This document shows, piece after piece, positions 1 to 10,761 of a DNA stretch of 64,000 nucleotides. Every line of letters begins with the position of its first letter. Position 1 is the stretch's first letter. A model generated the notes under the pieces. That model did no database searches, had not been told where the DNA came from, and saw only the letters and a program-made list of their open reading frames with translations. The stretch covers positions 1,120,001-1,184,000 of the forward strand of contig CAVTRC010000001.1 in assembly GCA_963737065.1 (NCBI GenBank), read 5' to 3'. A program made the translations under genes and the position numbers. This stretch comes from Candidatus Eremiobacteria bacterium (lineage in GTDB: Bacteria; Vulcanimicrobiota; Vulcanimicrobiia; Vulcanimicrobiales; Vulcanimicrobiaceae).

Positions 1-1491
1 GTCCTCCACGAGTTTCGCGTTCGACGGCAATTGCGCGCGTCCAACATCTTCTTGAGCCTGCCCTGAGCCCGTCGAAGGGCCTTCGACCCGCCGCGCGAGC
101 GTGTAGGGCAAATAAGAGAAGACGGTTTTCACGCCGTACTCGGATTCGAGGCGGTATTTCGCCACTTCGAATTGCAGCTCGCCGACGACCGCCATAATCG
201 GTTCCGTTCTCGTCGAGCCCCACGGATAGAAGACTTGCACCGCTCCCTCTTCGCGCAACTGTGCGATCCCTTTGCCGAACGATTTGTAACTCGATGTATC
301 GATACTCCGGACCGAACTGAAATGTTCCGGCGAAAAGGTCGGAATGGCGGGAAAGACGACGGGCGCGCCTTCATAGAGTGTGTCGCCGATCGCAAACACG
401 CCTGGGTTCGCAAGCCCTACCACGTCGCCGGCGAACGCCGCCTCGACCGATTCCCGTTCGTCGGCGAAGAGCTTCATCGCGCGCGCGAGGCGAACGTCTT
501 TGCCCGTTCGTTCGTTCCGCACGATCATGTCGCGTTCAAATCTCCCCGAACAGACGCGGATGAAAGCGATGCGATCGCGATGGCGCGGATCCATGTTTGC
601 CTGAATTTTGAACACGAACCCGGTAAACCGCGCTTCCGACGGATCGACGCTGCCCCGCGCCGCGGGCGGCGGACTTATCCCGATGAATTCATCGAGGAAG
701 AGCTGTACGCCGAAATTCGTCACCGCTGACCCGAAGAACACCGGCGTGATTTCGCCTCGCAACATCGCGTCGCGATCGAACGCTTCGCCGGCGCCCTCGA
801 GCAATTCCAATCCGTCGACAAATTGACGGTACGTCGTCTCGTCGACCATCTCGCGGATCTTCAGATCGTTTGCATCGGCGGTCTGCACCATCGCTTTCGT
901 GGCACCGTGCGCACTGCGTTCGAATAGATGCAGTTCGCGCGTCTGCCGGTCGTACACGCCTTTGAACGTATCGCCGCTGCCGAGCGGCCAATTCATCGGA
1001 AACGCACCGATGCCGAGGACGCGCTCGAGTTCATCGAGCAATTCAAGTGGATCGCGGCTCGGGCGGTCCATCTTGTTCATGAAGGTAAAGAGCGGAATCT
1101 TACGCTCGCGGCAGATCGCGAAGAGTTTTTTCGTTTGCGGTTCCACGCCCTTCGCCGCATCGATCAGCATGACCGCGGCGTCGGCGGCAAGGAGCGTGCG
1201 ATACGTATCTTCGCCGAAGTCTTGGTGACCCGGCGTGTCGAGCAAGTTGATCGTGTACCCGTTGTATGGAAACTGCAGAACGGTCGACGTGATTGAAATC
1301 CCGCGTTCGCGCTCGAGCTCCATCCAGTCGCTCGTCACCGCGCGCTGACGCTTGCGCGCCGAAACTTGACCGGCAACGTGAATCGCTCCGCCGTACAGCA
1401 GCAGCTTTTCCGTCAACGTCGTCTTCCCGGCGTCCGGATGAGAGATGATTGCAAACGTCCGGCGCTTGCGCACTTCGTCGGTAATGTTCAT
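1..1491 (-). CDS. prfC: Peptide chain release factor 3 (3' end runs off the window)
   Basis: Own translation of the minus strand from ATG 1491: [37 protein letters not shown]...[16 protein letters not shown]...DTPGHQDF; frame open to the window edge. Confidence 0.95.
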   Translation of the reverse strand, partial: MNITDEVRKRRTFAIISHPDAGKTTLTEKLLLYGGAIHVAGQVSARKRQRAVTSDWMELERERGISITSTVLQFPYNGYTINLLDTPGHQDFGEDTYRTLLAADAAVMLIDAAKGVEPQTKKLFAICRERKIPLFTFMNKMDRPSRDPLELLDELERVLGIGAFPMNWPLGSGDTFKGVYDRQTRELHLFERSAHGATKAMVQTADANDLKIREMVDETTYRQFVDGLELLEGAGEAFDRDAMLRGEITPVFFGSAVTNFGVQLFLDEFIGISPPPAARGSVDPSEARFTGFVFKIQANMDPRHRDRIAFIRVCSGRFERDMIVRNERTGKDVRLARAMKLFADERESVEAAFAGDVVGLANPGVFAIGDTLYEGAPVVFPAIPTFSPEHFSSVRSIDTSSYKSFGKGIAQLREEGAVQVFYPWGSTRTEPIMAVVGELQFEVAKYRLESEYGVKTVFSYLPYTLARRVEGPSTGSGQAQEDVGRAQLPSNAKLVED

Positions 1492-1497
1492 CAGTTC

Positions 1498-1995
1498 TTA
1501 AAGCCTAGACGTCGTATAGATGCGCAGCTCGCCGGTCGCGCCATTCTCACGAAGCAGCGCAAGCCGATTTCCCGCGCGATAGAGCGTCACGTGGGGCGGA
1601 ATGCGCAGCCGGTCCGGGCCTCGCGATACGAGCGCTTCGCCGTCGCGCACGAAAATCGTGCACGGACCGTAATGGAGGATCGTCCCGGACAGGACGGTGG
1701 TTGCGTCGGCCGGCATCTTCGAGCGCACGTAACCGAGGGAACCGGTCGATATGGATTGCTGAATGAGGCATTCCGGCAATGCGGAAAGCGCCCACGGCGC
1801 GTCACCGCGCATCGGCGCATTACCCGCGCGATCTTCGGATTCGAAGCCGCTGTGCGGGGTCGTGGACGCCGCGAAGTGGTGCGGCGGCGCGCTGCGCGCC
1901 ACGCGCTCGCGAATGCGGTCGCGGTTGCTCCACGCCGTTGCGAGAACGGCGATGGCAAGCACGATGCACGTTGCAACGGCGTAGTAGCGGAGCAA
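1498..1995 (-). CDS. Hypothetical protein with N-terminal signal/TM anchor
   Basis: ORF with hydrophobic N-terminus, packed between GH130 gene and prfC; start uncertain. Confidence 0.65.
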   Translation of the reverse strand: MLRYYAVATCIVLAIAVLATAWSNRDRIRERVARSAPPHHFAASTTPHSGFESEDRAGNAPMRGDAPWALSALPECLIQQSISTGSLGYVRSKMPADATTVLSGTILHYGPCTIFVRDGEALVSRGPDRLRIPPHVTLYRAGNRLALLRENGATGELRIYTTSRL

Positions 1996-2005
1996 CCGAG
2001 GGAAC

Positions 2006-3064
2006 CTACGCGAGCGTCAGGCGTGCCGCGCCGATCGTATAATCGGCCATGCCGTAATAGATGTCGAAGACGCGCGGCCCGAGGTCCTCGCGGCGATCGA
2101 TGCCGGTCGGGAAGACGACGTTGTCCACGATTCCGGTCCGTTCCAATTCCGATTCGGGTGCTAAAACCGGCTGCGGCGAACGGTAGAGCACTTTATCGGG
2201 ACGCTCGTAGTTTTGAATCAAAATCCCGGCGCTGTAGCGGAACTTCGGTTTGGCGCCGCGATTGTCGAGTAGATCGACGGCATGATAGAGCGACATCCAT
2301 CCCTCCGCGATGCGAACGGGCGGCGTGCCGGCGCCGATTTTGATTGATCCCCACCGATCGTCCGGCGAAACGACGAGCACGCTTTCGGAGACGTCCAGCA
2401 ACCGGCTACGATCTTCCACCGCGGGTTCGAGCGGAATGTATCCGATGCGAATCGACTCGCGATCGCTAAAGGGCATTCGTTCGATCATCGGAATCGCCGC
2501 ACGCCCATCGACCGCTGAAAGATGCAACATCGGGCGGTGAAAGAACGCAAACGATGGAACACCGCGCGGCGACATCACCGGGTCGGGGAAAAACGCGCCG
2601 TCTTTGTCGTCGCCTTGCGCCATGCCGGGCTCTGCAAAACGCAGCAAACCCAAACGCGTCCAGCTCATACCGTCGCCGGAAAGCGCAATCGCAAGACGCG
2701 GGCCGGCCGGCCCATACGCGGTGTACATCATCACGTATTGATCGATCTTCGGAACGAAGGTCACGCGCGGATCTTCACATCCGTAACCCGGATGGGGACG
2801 TACCTCGTACGGCGCTTCGGGTTGGAGCGCAAAGCCTTCACGCTCCACGTCGAATCCGTCGGCTTTTTCGCGGACGTCCACGCGTGCGACGCGCGAGATG
2901 TTTCCCTTCGCAACAGCGCGCGGATACATCATCAAACGACCGTCGCGCGTCCGCGCGGTCGCCGGATTCAAAAGACCTTCGATCTCACTCGGGTCGCCGT
3001 CGGGCGCCATCACGAGGCCGAGCCGTTCAACCTTCGTCTCGAACTGCAGTACCGGTTCAATCAC
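2006..3064 (-). CDS. GH130-like glycosidase / mannoside phosphorylase family
   Basis: Motifs LLNPA, GCEDPRV, DKDGAFFP, GAGTPP, NVVFPTG, IYYGMAD typical of GH130 beta-propellers. Confidence 0.85.
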   Translation of the reverse strand: MIEPVLQFETKVERLGLVMAPDGDPSEIEGLLNPATARTRDGRLMMYPRAVAKGNISRVARVDVREKADGFDVEREGFALQPEAPYEVRPHPGYGCEDPRVTFVPKIDQYVMMYTAYGPAGPRLAIALSGDGMSWTRLGLLRFAEPGMAQGDDKDGAFFPDPVMSPRGVPSFAFFHRPMLHLSAVDGRAAIPMIERMPFSDRESIRIGYIPLEPAVEDRSRLLDVSESVLVVSPDDRWGSIKIGAGTPPVRIAEGWMSLYHAVDLLDNRGAKPKFRYSAGILIQNYERPDKVLYRSPQPVLAPESELERTGIVDNVVFPTGIDRREDLGPRVFDIYYGMADYTIGAARLTLA

Positions 3065-3115
3065 GCTGTTTTGTATCGTCCCTTCGCGTCTCCAACCTGA
3101 CCGAAGCGTCGTTCT

Positions 3116-3583
3116 TTACGGCAAATCTGTTTGAGCGACCGGTTCGTCCCCCGGCGTCACCACTTCTACCCGGATGCCGCGCCGGTAGACGCTGTTTGGA
3201 ATAATCCATAACGTGTACGTGCGGTAGTCGGCCGTAGGTTCGCCGCCGTCGCCCGGAGGTGATTCGAAAGCGACCACGCGCACGCGTTGGTCGTTTGCAC
3301 GGATCGATTCGACGATTTGGCGATAGCCGGTTCGATTGTGGGGGCCAAGCAAGAGCACGACGCCGAACTCACCCTTGAAGCGGATCGGCGCCTTGATGCC
3401 GAGTCGCTCGAGCGTTGCTTGGTCGCGAACGATTGCGATTTGATTGCCGCCCAAGACCGGAGTTATGCCGGTCGCATAGGTCTTGACGCGCACCTCCCGG
3501 CACCCGGCCAGAAGCAGCAGCGCCATCAGGGCCCACCAGCGCTTCACTGATTTCGCCTTTCGCGTGAGGCGCGCACGAGACAT
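3116..3583 (-). CDS. Putative lipoprotein (PrcB C-terminal-like)
   Basis: Lipobox LLAGC after hydrophobic stretch; GPHNRTGY segment; real start may be GTG near 3547. Confidence 0.6.
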   Translation of the reverse strand: MSRARLTRKAKSVKRWWALMALLLLAGCREVRVKTYATGITPVLGGNQIAIVRDQATLERLGIKAPIRFKGEFGVVLLLGPHNRTGYRQIVESIRANDQRVRVVAFESPPGDGGEPTADYRTYTLWIIPNSVYRRGIRVEVVTPGDEPVAQTDLP

Positions 3584-3632
3584 TCCTTTTGCCGGTCACT
3601 GATTTGCAAGCCGGCACGTTGTAGAATGAGTC

Positions 3633-4355
3633 ATGCTCGCGTTCGTATTGGCGATCATCACAGCAACGCCGGGCCCCGCACCTACCGCGACTGCTTCAGC
3701 GGAACCGCTGAAGACGATTGTCACCGTGCGGTCGTCGCCGTTTTGCAGTCAATTCGCTACGCACGTCAATGCGGCGATCGATCACGCCGTGCGGAATGAT
3801 GCGACGCTCGGCACGATCATCATCACGCTTCACTCGACCGATCTCGCCGAGAACGACCTCAGCCGTCACAATGAAATTCAGCGGCTCGAAAATTTGGGCG
3901 ACAGCATCTACCGCGATTATCGCAAAGGGCTCGACGAGGTCGACAAACTGCGCGATCTCGCGAAGACGGCGCAAGATCAGCAAGAGCAAGCCGAATTGAA
4001 GGCAGCCGCCGACGCGCTCGGCGGAGTGCTTTACCGCCAACATTTGATTCAGCGCGATCTCGACGGATTCACCGCCTACCTCGACGCGATGGATATGCAA
4101 CGCGAAACGAACCACGTCGTGCTCAATCGTGAGTTCGGCCCCGGCTACGATATGACCGATGAGTGGGCGAACCAGCTCAACACGGATTATATGGTGCAGC
4201 AGCATATCGGGGACACGTCGCCGATGCAACCTCCGCAACGAGATGTGACGATGGCGGGCAATGCATCGAAAGATTTCCAGTCGCGGATCCCCGATATTTT
4301 GCGCGATGAGTTGACCGCCGGCGGTCACATTACCGAAGTAAGCGAGCATTGCTAG
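3633..4355 (+). CDS. Secreted helical hypothetical protein
   Basis: Short signal, Pro/Thr linker, LKTIVTVRSSPFC, helical body; TAGAAT box 5 nt upstream of ATG. Confidence 0.7.
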   Translation: MLAFVLAIITATPGPAPTATASAEPLKTIVTVRSSPFCSQFATHVNAAIDHAVRNDATLGTIIITLHSTDLAENDLSRHNEIQRLENLGDSIYRDYRKGLDEVDKLRDLAKTAQDQQEQAELKAAADALGGVLYRQHLIQRDLDGFTAYLDAMDMQRETNHVVLNREFGPGYDMTDEWANQLNTDYMVQQHIGDTSPMQPPQRDVTMAGNASKDFQSRIPDILRDELTAGGHITEVSEHC

Positions 4356-4441
4356 CCGCAAACCCGGCTCGCGCAGTCGCCTCGTAAGACGCCTGTCGTT
4401 GTCTGCGTACTTCGCGGGCCGTTAGGCTAAAATTCACTGAG

Positions 4442-4840
4442 ATGAAGAGCCTGCGACGTCCTTCCATGGCCGCGCTCATCTTTGCGACGGGCCGCCCCTT
4501 CCGTGTCGCCGGATTGGCGACCGCCGTCATGATTTCGGCGTGGCGCAAACGCCGCGCGCTCCGCGTCGTCCAATGTCACTGTCTTTCCATTGCGAATTGC
4601 GCGGGCAACGTCACCGCCTACAGCGAAGGTCGAGTCGTGCACATGCTGCATCGGCTCATAGCGGGCGGAGCCTTCCTCTGCACGGTCGTCGCGTTCGGGC
4701 TTGCTTGGCTGCGACTGGCGGCCACGCGCATCCGAACGGCGCTGAGCGCCGGGCTCATCGTCGTCCACTCGTTCGTCGTTACATCGCTGTCAACGCCGAT
4801 AAACACGTACGCCGTGCGTACAGATCGTGCAGCTGCCTAG
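4442..4840 (+). CDS. Small membrane protein, possibly degenerate heme A synthase (CtaA) half
   Basis: Cx5CxG, HMLHRL and VVH motifs; stop overlaps ctaB start (TAGTG). Confidence 0.45.
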   Translation: MKSLRRPSMAALIFATGRPFRVAGLATAVMISAWRKRRALRVVQCHCLSIANCAGNVTAYSEGRVVHMLHRLIAGGAFLCTVVAFGLAWLRLAATRIRTALSAGLIVVHSFVVTSLSTPINTYAVRTDRAAA

Positions 4841-5703
4841 TGACGACGGCTCTTCACGATTACTTCGAACTCGCCAAACCTCGTATCATCGTTCTGCTGT
4901 TGATTACGACGGCCGCTGCGATGATTATGGCCGCGCGCGGGATTCCGCCGGCGGCGCTCGCATTGTGGACGCTGCTCGGCGGCGCGCTCGCTGCGGGCTC
5001 TGCCGGAGCGCTCAATTGCGTCTATGACTCCGACATCGACGGTTTGATGCGACGCACGATGCTGCGTCCGATTCCGCAAGGCCGTGTGAGCGTTCGCAAC
5101 GCGACGGTCTTTGCGGTGACGCTCGGCATCGCGGCGTTTGCGATTCTCTTCTTCCTGGTCAACCCGCTTGCTGCGTGGCTCTCACTTGCCGGAAACGTGT
5201 ACTACGTCGTCATCTACACGATGTGGTTGAAGCGCATCACGCCGCTGAATATTGTGATCGGCGGTGCGGCCGGTTCCGTTCCTCCGCTCGTGGGCTGGGC
5301 TGCGGTGACGCACCAAATCGGTGGACCGGCGCTCGGACTGTTCGCATTGATCTTTTTGTGGACGCCGCCGCACTTTTGGTCGCTCGCGTTGATGACCGAA
5401 ATCGACTATGACAAAGCGAAGATTCCGATGATGCCGAATGTGAGCGGCCACGAACGCACCAAGCGCGAAATTATCTACTACACGATCTTACTCATTATTG
5501 CGTCGCTCGTTCTCTATCCGCTTCACGTCATGGGCGCGGTCTACACCGCGGCGGCAGCCGTGCTCGGCGGAATCTTTCTTTACGACACGCTGCGCACGTG
5601 GAAAGACCCGGGAAAGACTTGGGCGCGGCGCACGTTTAAGTTCTCTTTGCTCTACCTTGCACTGATGTGCTTGGTCATGGTTGTAGATCGGATCATTGCG
5701 TGA
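4840..5703 (+). CDS. ctaB: Protoheme IX farnesyltransferase (heme O synthase)
   Basis: LAKPRI, ALNCVYDSDIDGLMRRTMLRPIP, NIVIGGAAG, WTPPHFWSLA; GTG start at 4840. Confidence 0.95.
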   Translation: MTTALHDYFELAKPRIIVLLLITTAAAMIMAARGIPPAALALWTLLGGALAAGSAGALNCVYDSDIDGLMRRTMLRPIPQGRVSVRNATVFAVTLGIAAFAILFFLVNPLAAWLSLAGNVYYVVIYTMWLKRITPLNIVIGGAAGSVPPLVGWAAVTHQIGGPALGLFALIFLWTPPHFWSLALMTEIDYDKAKIPMMPNVSGHERTKREIIYYTILLIIASLVLYPLHVMGAVYTAAAAVLGGIFLYDTLRTWKDPGKTWARRTFKFSLLYLALMCLVMVVDRIIA

Positions 5704-7069
5704 TACTCGCGCGGTAGCCGGACACGAGCTCGATCGCTCGGCGCTTCCGTTACTGCTAACCCTTGCGCTCGGCGTGTTTGCCGGCGCGCTTGACCTCGGT
5801 GTACTCTCGCCCGCGCTGCCGGCGCTCGGCCGTGAATTCGGTGTCCCAACCGGTGACCTGGCGTGGATCTTCACGCTGTACTTGCTCGTGAACGTCGCGT
5901 CGATCGCGATCGCGAGCACGCTTGCGGACCGGTACGGACGGCAGCGCGTCTACATTACCTGCGTGTCGCTCTTCGCGCTCGGCAGCGTCGTCGCCGTTCT
6001 GGCGCAAAGCTATCCCGTGTTCCTCATTGCGCGCGCATTGCAAGCGCTCGGCGCCGGTGGAATCTTTCCCGTTGCAACGGCCGCAATCGGCGACGTCGTA
6101 CCGAAGGAACGTCGTGGTGCGGCACTGGGCTTAGTAGCCGCGACGTGGGGACTCGCGGCGGTCATCGGTCCAACGTTCGGCGGACTGATCACGCACTTCG
6201 TCTCGTGGCGATGGATATTCGTCTTCAACTTCCCGCTCGCGGCGATCGTTTTATGGCTTGCCCGTCAATACGTGCCGAAGAACGCACCGCACGTTCGCGG
6301 TCCTCTCGATACCGGCGGGTTGACGTTGCTATGCGTCGGGTTGCTGCTGCTCATGGATGGGTTAACGACGGCGCGAACGATTACGGCGTTTGTCGGCATC
6401 GTTGCGTTGACGGCGTTTGGTTGGTGGGAGCGGCGCGCACGCTATCCGATCGTGCCGGCCTCGGTGGTAACGAGCCCGCAACTGATCAAAACGTACATCC
6501 TCGAAATAGCGATCGGCGTGCTCGAGGGCTCGCTCTTCTTTATTCCGACCGTTCTCGTCGGTGCGCAAGGATTATCGTATGCCGTAGCCGGCCTCATTGC
6601 GGCACTCGGCGCGGTGATGTTCGTGATCGTCATTCCCGTCTCCGGACGCGCACTCGATCGCATCGGCAGCCGCAATGTATTGCTGCTCGGAACGTTGTTC
6701 ACGGAAATCGGGCTGGGACTGTTTGCACTCGGGTTGCGTTCGCTGCCGATCACGCTCGTCGCGATCATCGTCGCGGGTTGCGGCTTTGGCGCGTTGCTCG
6801 GTGCACCGACGCGGTATATCGTCACGAACGAAACCGGCGAACGCACGCGCTCCACGGCCGTCGGACTCCTGAGTCAAGCACTGATCGTCGGACAGATTTT
6901 GGGCGGTTCCCTTGCCGGCGGCGTGATCGGTTTCGCGCACAATGAACTGCAAGGCTATCAAGACGCGTACTTCTGCTTCTGCGGCGTCGCGCTGCTCGCG
7001 CTCGTCATGTCATCGCTGCTGAAGTCGCGCCACGATGAGCGGCGCGTCCCTCTCGAAGAAGCGGCATAA
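5696..7069 (+). CDS. MFS transporter (DHA2-like, 14 TM)
   Basis: Motif A LADRYGRQR and ALDRIGSR; many TM helices. Confidence 0.9.
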   Translation: MRDTRAVAGHELDRSALPLLLTLALGVFAGALDLGVLSPALPALGREFGVPTGDLAWIFTLYLLVNVASIAIASTLADRYGRQRVYITCVSLFALGSVVAVLAQSYPVFLIARALQALGAGGIFPVATAAIGDVVPKERRGAALGLVAATWGLAAVIGPTFGGLITHFVSWRWIFVFNFPLAAIVLWLARQYVPKNAPHVRGPLDTGGLTLLCVGLLLLMDGLTTARTITAFVGIVALTAFGWWERRARYPIVPASVVTSPQLIKTYILEIAIGVLEGSLFFIPTVLVGAQGLSYAVAGLIAALGAVMFVIVIPVSGRALDRIGSRNVLLLGTLFTEIGLGLFALGLRSLPITLVAIIVAGCGFGALLGAPTRYIVTNETGERTRSTAVGLLSQALIVGQILGGSLAGGVIGFAHNELQGYQDAYFCFCGVALLALVMSSLLKSRHDERRVPLEEAA

Positions 7070-7083
7070 GTCCAAGGTGACGG

Positions 7084-7593
7084 TTATTGCGATGACATCA
7101 TCATCGTGAACGTATACGGACTATTTGCTTGGATCTGTCCTTGTAACTTCAGCGAGGGGGCACAGACGCCCGATGCACTGACCGTTCCAGCGACCTTCGC
7201 AATCGTATAACCGTTTGGGTCCAGGACGTTCACTTCATACGAGCGGTCCGGCCCGAATGAACCGGAAATGCACATCGATGGAGGAAATGCCGTGAATGTT
7301 ACGGTGTGATTTAACGTCACCGTGTAACCGGCAACCTGTTCCGGTAACGGCCATTTTGGAGTTGGCGCGGGAACCGGCGCAATCTTCACCGTCGTCTCAG
7401 CCGGCGCATCGTTAGACGAGAACGTTAGCGTCCCGCGTGCGCCCCCGCTTAACGCCAGCACTGCGCCGTTCGGGGGCAATGTTGGCAAAACAGTCGGCGC
7501 CATGCTGTGCGTGCTGCCGTCGCCGCCGGACCCACACGCGACGACTAGAGCCGCACAACATGCGATGAATAACGGCTTCACACTATCGCGCAT
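7084..7593 (-). CDS. Hypothetical lipoprotein
   Basis: Lipobox VVAC, beta-rich body, GAGG upstream of ATG. Confidence 0.65.
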   Translation of the reverse strand: MRDSVKPLFIACCAALVVACGSGGDGSTHSMAPTVLPTLPPNGAVLALSGGARGTLTFSSNDAPAETTVKIAPVPAPTPKWPLPEQVAGYTVTLNHTVTFTAFPPSMCISGSFGPDRSYEVNVLDPNGYTIAKVAGTVSASGVCAPSLKLQGQIQANSPYTFTMMMSSQ

Positions 7594-7649
7594 TTTACCT
7601 CATTTCGGAAGACGGATGACCCCTCTCTTCCTGTAGCCAATACTACCGC

Positions 7650-9296
7650 ATGCCGGATCATGCGGTCACGAACCAGCCGCCGCCGCTGCAGGACTATAAC
7701 GTCTTTCTGAGCGATCGCGCGTTACGAGAAGGCGTCGAGCGAGAAACGCGAGGTCTCGACACGACCGAGCTCGACGAACTCGGCGAGCTCGCCGGAAACC
7801 CGGATGTGATTCAGCTGGGGTTCGATGCAAACGCGAACCCGCCGCAGTTGCACACACACGACCGTTACGGCAACCGCATCGACGAAGTGCGGTTTCATCC
7901 GTCGTGGCATGTGCTCATGGCGACGGCTGCCGCGCGGGGATTGCATGCCGCGCCATGGCTCGATCCGCTTCCGCGTGCGCATCTGCGGCGCGCTGCGAAA
8001 TTTTTCGTGTGGTCGCAAGTGGAAGGCGGACACCTCTGCCCGATCTCGATGACGTATGCTGCGGTTCCCGCGTTGCGTCATAATGAAACCATCGCAAACG
8101 AGTGGCTCGCAAAGTTGACTTCGCGTACGTACGATCCGCGCCTGATGCCGATCGCCGAAAAGAACAGCGCGATCTGCGGCATGGGCATGACGGAGAAACA
8201 AGGGGGAAGCGACGTGCGCGCCAATCAAACGCGCGCGACGCGCACCGCCGCACACGATGCGTACCTGCTCAACGGGCATAAATGGTTTTGCTCGGCACCA
8301 ATGAGCGACGCATTTCTCGTGCTGGCGCAAGCCGACGGCGGCCTTTCGTGCTTCTTTGTGCCGCGCGTGTTGCCTGACGGTTCGCGCAATCCTTTCGCGA
8401 TTGCGCGGCTCAAAGATAAGCTCGGGAACCGCAGCAATGCATCGAGCGAAGTAGAGTTCGCCGGCACGGTCGCGTGGCTGGTCGGTGAAGAGGGTCGCGG
8501 CGTCAACACGATTGTGGAGATGGTCAATCAAACGCGGCTCGATTGCATCATCGGTTCGGCCTCGCTGCTTCGTCAGTCACTGGCGCAAGCGATCCATCAC
8601 GCAATGTACCGGCGGACGTTCGGCGCATTGCTCATCGATCACGTGTTGATGCAAAACGTGCTCGCCGATCTTGCGCTCGAGTCGGAAGCTGCAACGGTGC
8701 TGATGCTACGTCTCGCGCGAGCAGTTGATGATGCCCCGAACAATCCGCATGCCGCTGCGCTCAAACGCATCGGCACCGCCGTCGGAAAATACTACGTGTG
8801 CAAGCGCGCGCCGATGGCCACTGCAGAAGCGCTCGAATGTCTCGGCGGAAATGGCTACGTTGAAGAGTCCATTATGCCGCGCTTATATCGCGAAGCACCG
8901 CTGAATTCCATTTGGGAAGGGTCGGGCAATATCAACGCGCTCGACGTGCTGCGGATCGTGCAAAAACAGCCGGATACGGTCGATGCGCTGCGTATGGAGC
9001 TTACGCCGGCGCTGGAAGATCGCAGGGTCGCGGAGGCGGTTCGAGCGTTGGAGTCCGATCTCAAGGATCGAGACGGCATGGAATGGCGCGCGCGGTCGCT
9101 CGTCGAGCGCATGGCAATCCTATGGCAAGCAGCGCTTTTGCTCCAGCACGCACCGAACGACGTCAGCGACGGCTTCATCGCAAGCCGTCTCTGCGCTCAT
9201 CCCGCGCACACGTTCGGTGGACTGCCGATGAAGACGGCGCTGAAGTCCATCGTGCAACGCGCGGCACCCATTGAACGTGAAACAGCGATTGTTTGA
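7650..9296 (+). CDS. aidB: Acyl-CoA dehydrogenase, AidB family
   Basis: VTNQPPPL start, CPISMTYA, GMGMTEKQGGSDVRAN, LKDKLGNRSNASSEVEF, NSIWEGSGN. Confidence 0.9.
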   Translation: MPDHAVTNQPPPLQDYNVFLSDRALREGVERETRGLDTTELDELGELAGNPDVIQLGFDANANPPQLHTHDRYGNRIDEVRFHPSWHVLMATAAARGLHAAPWLDPLPRAHLRRAAKFFVWSQVEGGHLCPISMTYAAVPALRHNETIANEWLAKLTSRTYDPRLMPIAEKNSAICGMGMTEKQGGSDVRANQTRATRTAAHDAYLLNGHKWFCSAPMSDAFLVLAQADGGLSCFFVPRVLPDGSRNPFAIARLKDKLGNRSNASSEVEFAGTVAWLVGEEGRGVNTIVEMVNQTRLDCIIGSASLLRQSLAQAIHHAMYRRTFGALLIDHVLMQNVLADLALESEAATVLMLRLARAVDDAPNNPHAAALKRIGTAVGKYYVCKRAPMATAEALECLGGNGYVEESIMPRLYREAPLNSIWEGSGNINALDVLRIVQKQPDTVDALRMELTPALEDRRVAEAVRALESDLKDRDGMEWRARSLVERMAILWQAALLLQHAPNDVSDGFIASRLCAHPAHTFGGLPMKTALKSIVQRAAPIERETAIV

Positions 9297-9307
9297 CCGG
9301 CGCACCG

Positions 9308-10693
9308 TCAACGTCGCAGCGAGAGCGCCAGTGCCTTATCGAGCACGGTATCGCGCCCGGCCGCGCGATCTTGCGGCTGCGTCGGAACCGCTATGTCGGG
9401 CACGACGCCCTGTCCGTCGGGATGCGGTTTCGGTGCCAAAAAGTACTTCGTCGTGAGGTACAATCGCAGCTGCGTCGCGGGCGCGACGAACTCATAGATC
9501 TCGCCGGTCGAGTTCACCGGTTCGCCCGTTTCTTCGCCGATAATCGTCGCCAAGCCATAATCCTTTGCAGCGAGCGCGCAGGACATTGCCGACGAAAAGG
9601 TATGCGAAGAAATCAGGAGATAGACGGGACCGGTATAGCGTAACGGTTGCGCTTGGGGAACGACGAGGCCGTCGTTCGGATTCATACCGAACGTCAGGAT
9701 CGTTCCATTGCGCGCGGTCCACGCTTCGTCGCCGTAGATTTCGACGTAGCGATTCTTGCCGTACTCCGATTTCAGGCGCGCGCACGACTTCTCGATCGTT
9801 CCACCGTATTGCTTGAACGGCTTGTTCGAAACGTACGTCCACAGCAGGTCGTTCAATGCGCTGTCGCCGCCGCCGTTTTGGCGAATGTCGATCACGAGCG
9901 CGCGAACCGGACGATTCTCAATCGTTTGAAACGTCGTGTCTAGAAACGCTCGAAAGCGGTCGAGATCTTCACACGAACGGTATTCGATGTAACCGACGAG
10001 CTCGCCGGCGAGCGTCGTGTACGTGTACGGCGGACCACCGCTCACTGCCGTTCCGGTTGTGTCGGCGGATGAAACGGACGCTTCAGACACTTTGCCGTCG
10101 GTTGCATAGCGCACGGCGTACGCCGGCTTGTCGCCGAGAAGGGCAATTGCCGACCACGCGCCGGCCATCGTCACACGCGCGCGATGCAATGCGCGCGTTT
10201 GACCGCCGAACGCCGCGAGCGTGAGGCTGCGCAACGTTGCAGCGCTCAAGTCGTCGACCGAAATCGTTTCACTGCCCGGTGGCACCGTCCCGGTACGGTC
10301 GCCGGCGACGATCAAGGAATCGTCGCGAGCGGAAAGCGCGAACCACAGAGGAAAACGACGCGCTGCATCGTTGAGATCGCGGGTAAACGCGAGCGAGACG
10401 TGGCCATCGTTCAAGGCTCCAAATACCGGCGCGATCGCGATCCACGCTTGGCGCATCGTCATCGGGCTGACGATCGCACTCCGCGCTCGTTCGTACGCGC
10501 GTTCGACATCCGCCTCGTTCGATGTACGAAACGGATACACGCCCACATCGAGCATCGCGGCCCACATCGCATCGAGGTCGCTGCGCACGTCTTGCGGCGC
10601 AAAAATTTTTTCGTACGAGGACGACGCCGCGCCGAGCAACGGCGCCACCGTTGCGCACGAAGCCAACTGTAGGAATGCACGGCGGCTCGTCAT
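9308..10693 (-). CDS. S41 family peptidase, Tat-exported
   Basis: SRRAFL twin-arginine signal; LNDGH, IDIRQNGGG, TFSSA, GEETG, GVVPD. Confidence 0.85.
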   Translation of the reverse strand: MTSRRAFLQLASCATVAPLLGAASSSYEKIFAPQDVRSDLDAMWAAMLDVGVYPFRTSNEADVERAYERARSAIVSPMTMRQAWIAIAPVFGALNDGHVSLAFTRDLNDAARRFPLWFALSARDDSLIVAGDRTGTVPPGSETISVDDLSAATLRSLTLAAFGGQTRALHRARVTMAGAWSAIALLGDKPAYAVRYATDGKVSEASVSSADTTGTAVSGGPPYTYTTLAGELVGYIEYRSCEDLDRFRAFLDTTFQTIENRPVRALVIDIRQNGGGDSALNDLLWTYVSNKPFKQYGGTIEKSCARLKSEYGKNRYVEIYGDEAWTARNGTILTFGMNPNDGLVVPQAQPLRYTGPVYLLISSHTFSSAMSCALAAKDYGLATIIGEETGEPVNSTGEIYEFVAPATQLRLYLTTKYFLAPKPHPDGQGVVPDIAVPTQPQDRAAGRDTVLDKALALSLRR

Positions 10694-10761
10694 ACCCTCA
10701 CGCTTGCATCCGCCGCGAACCTTATCCTATTGCAATCGGGCGCAGTACCGACGGTGCTTCA

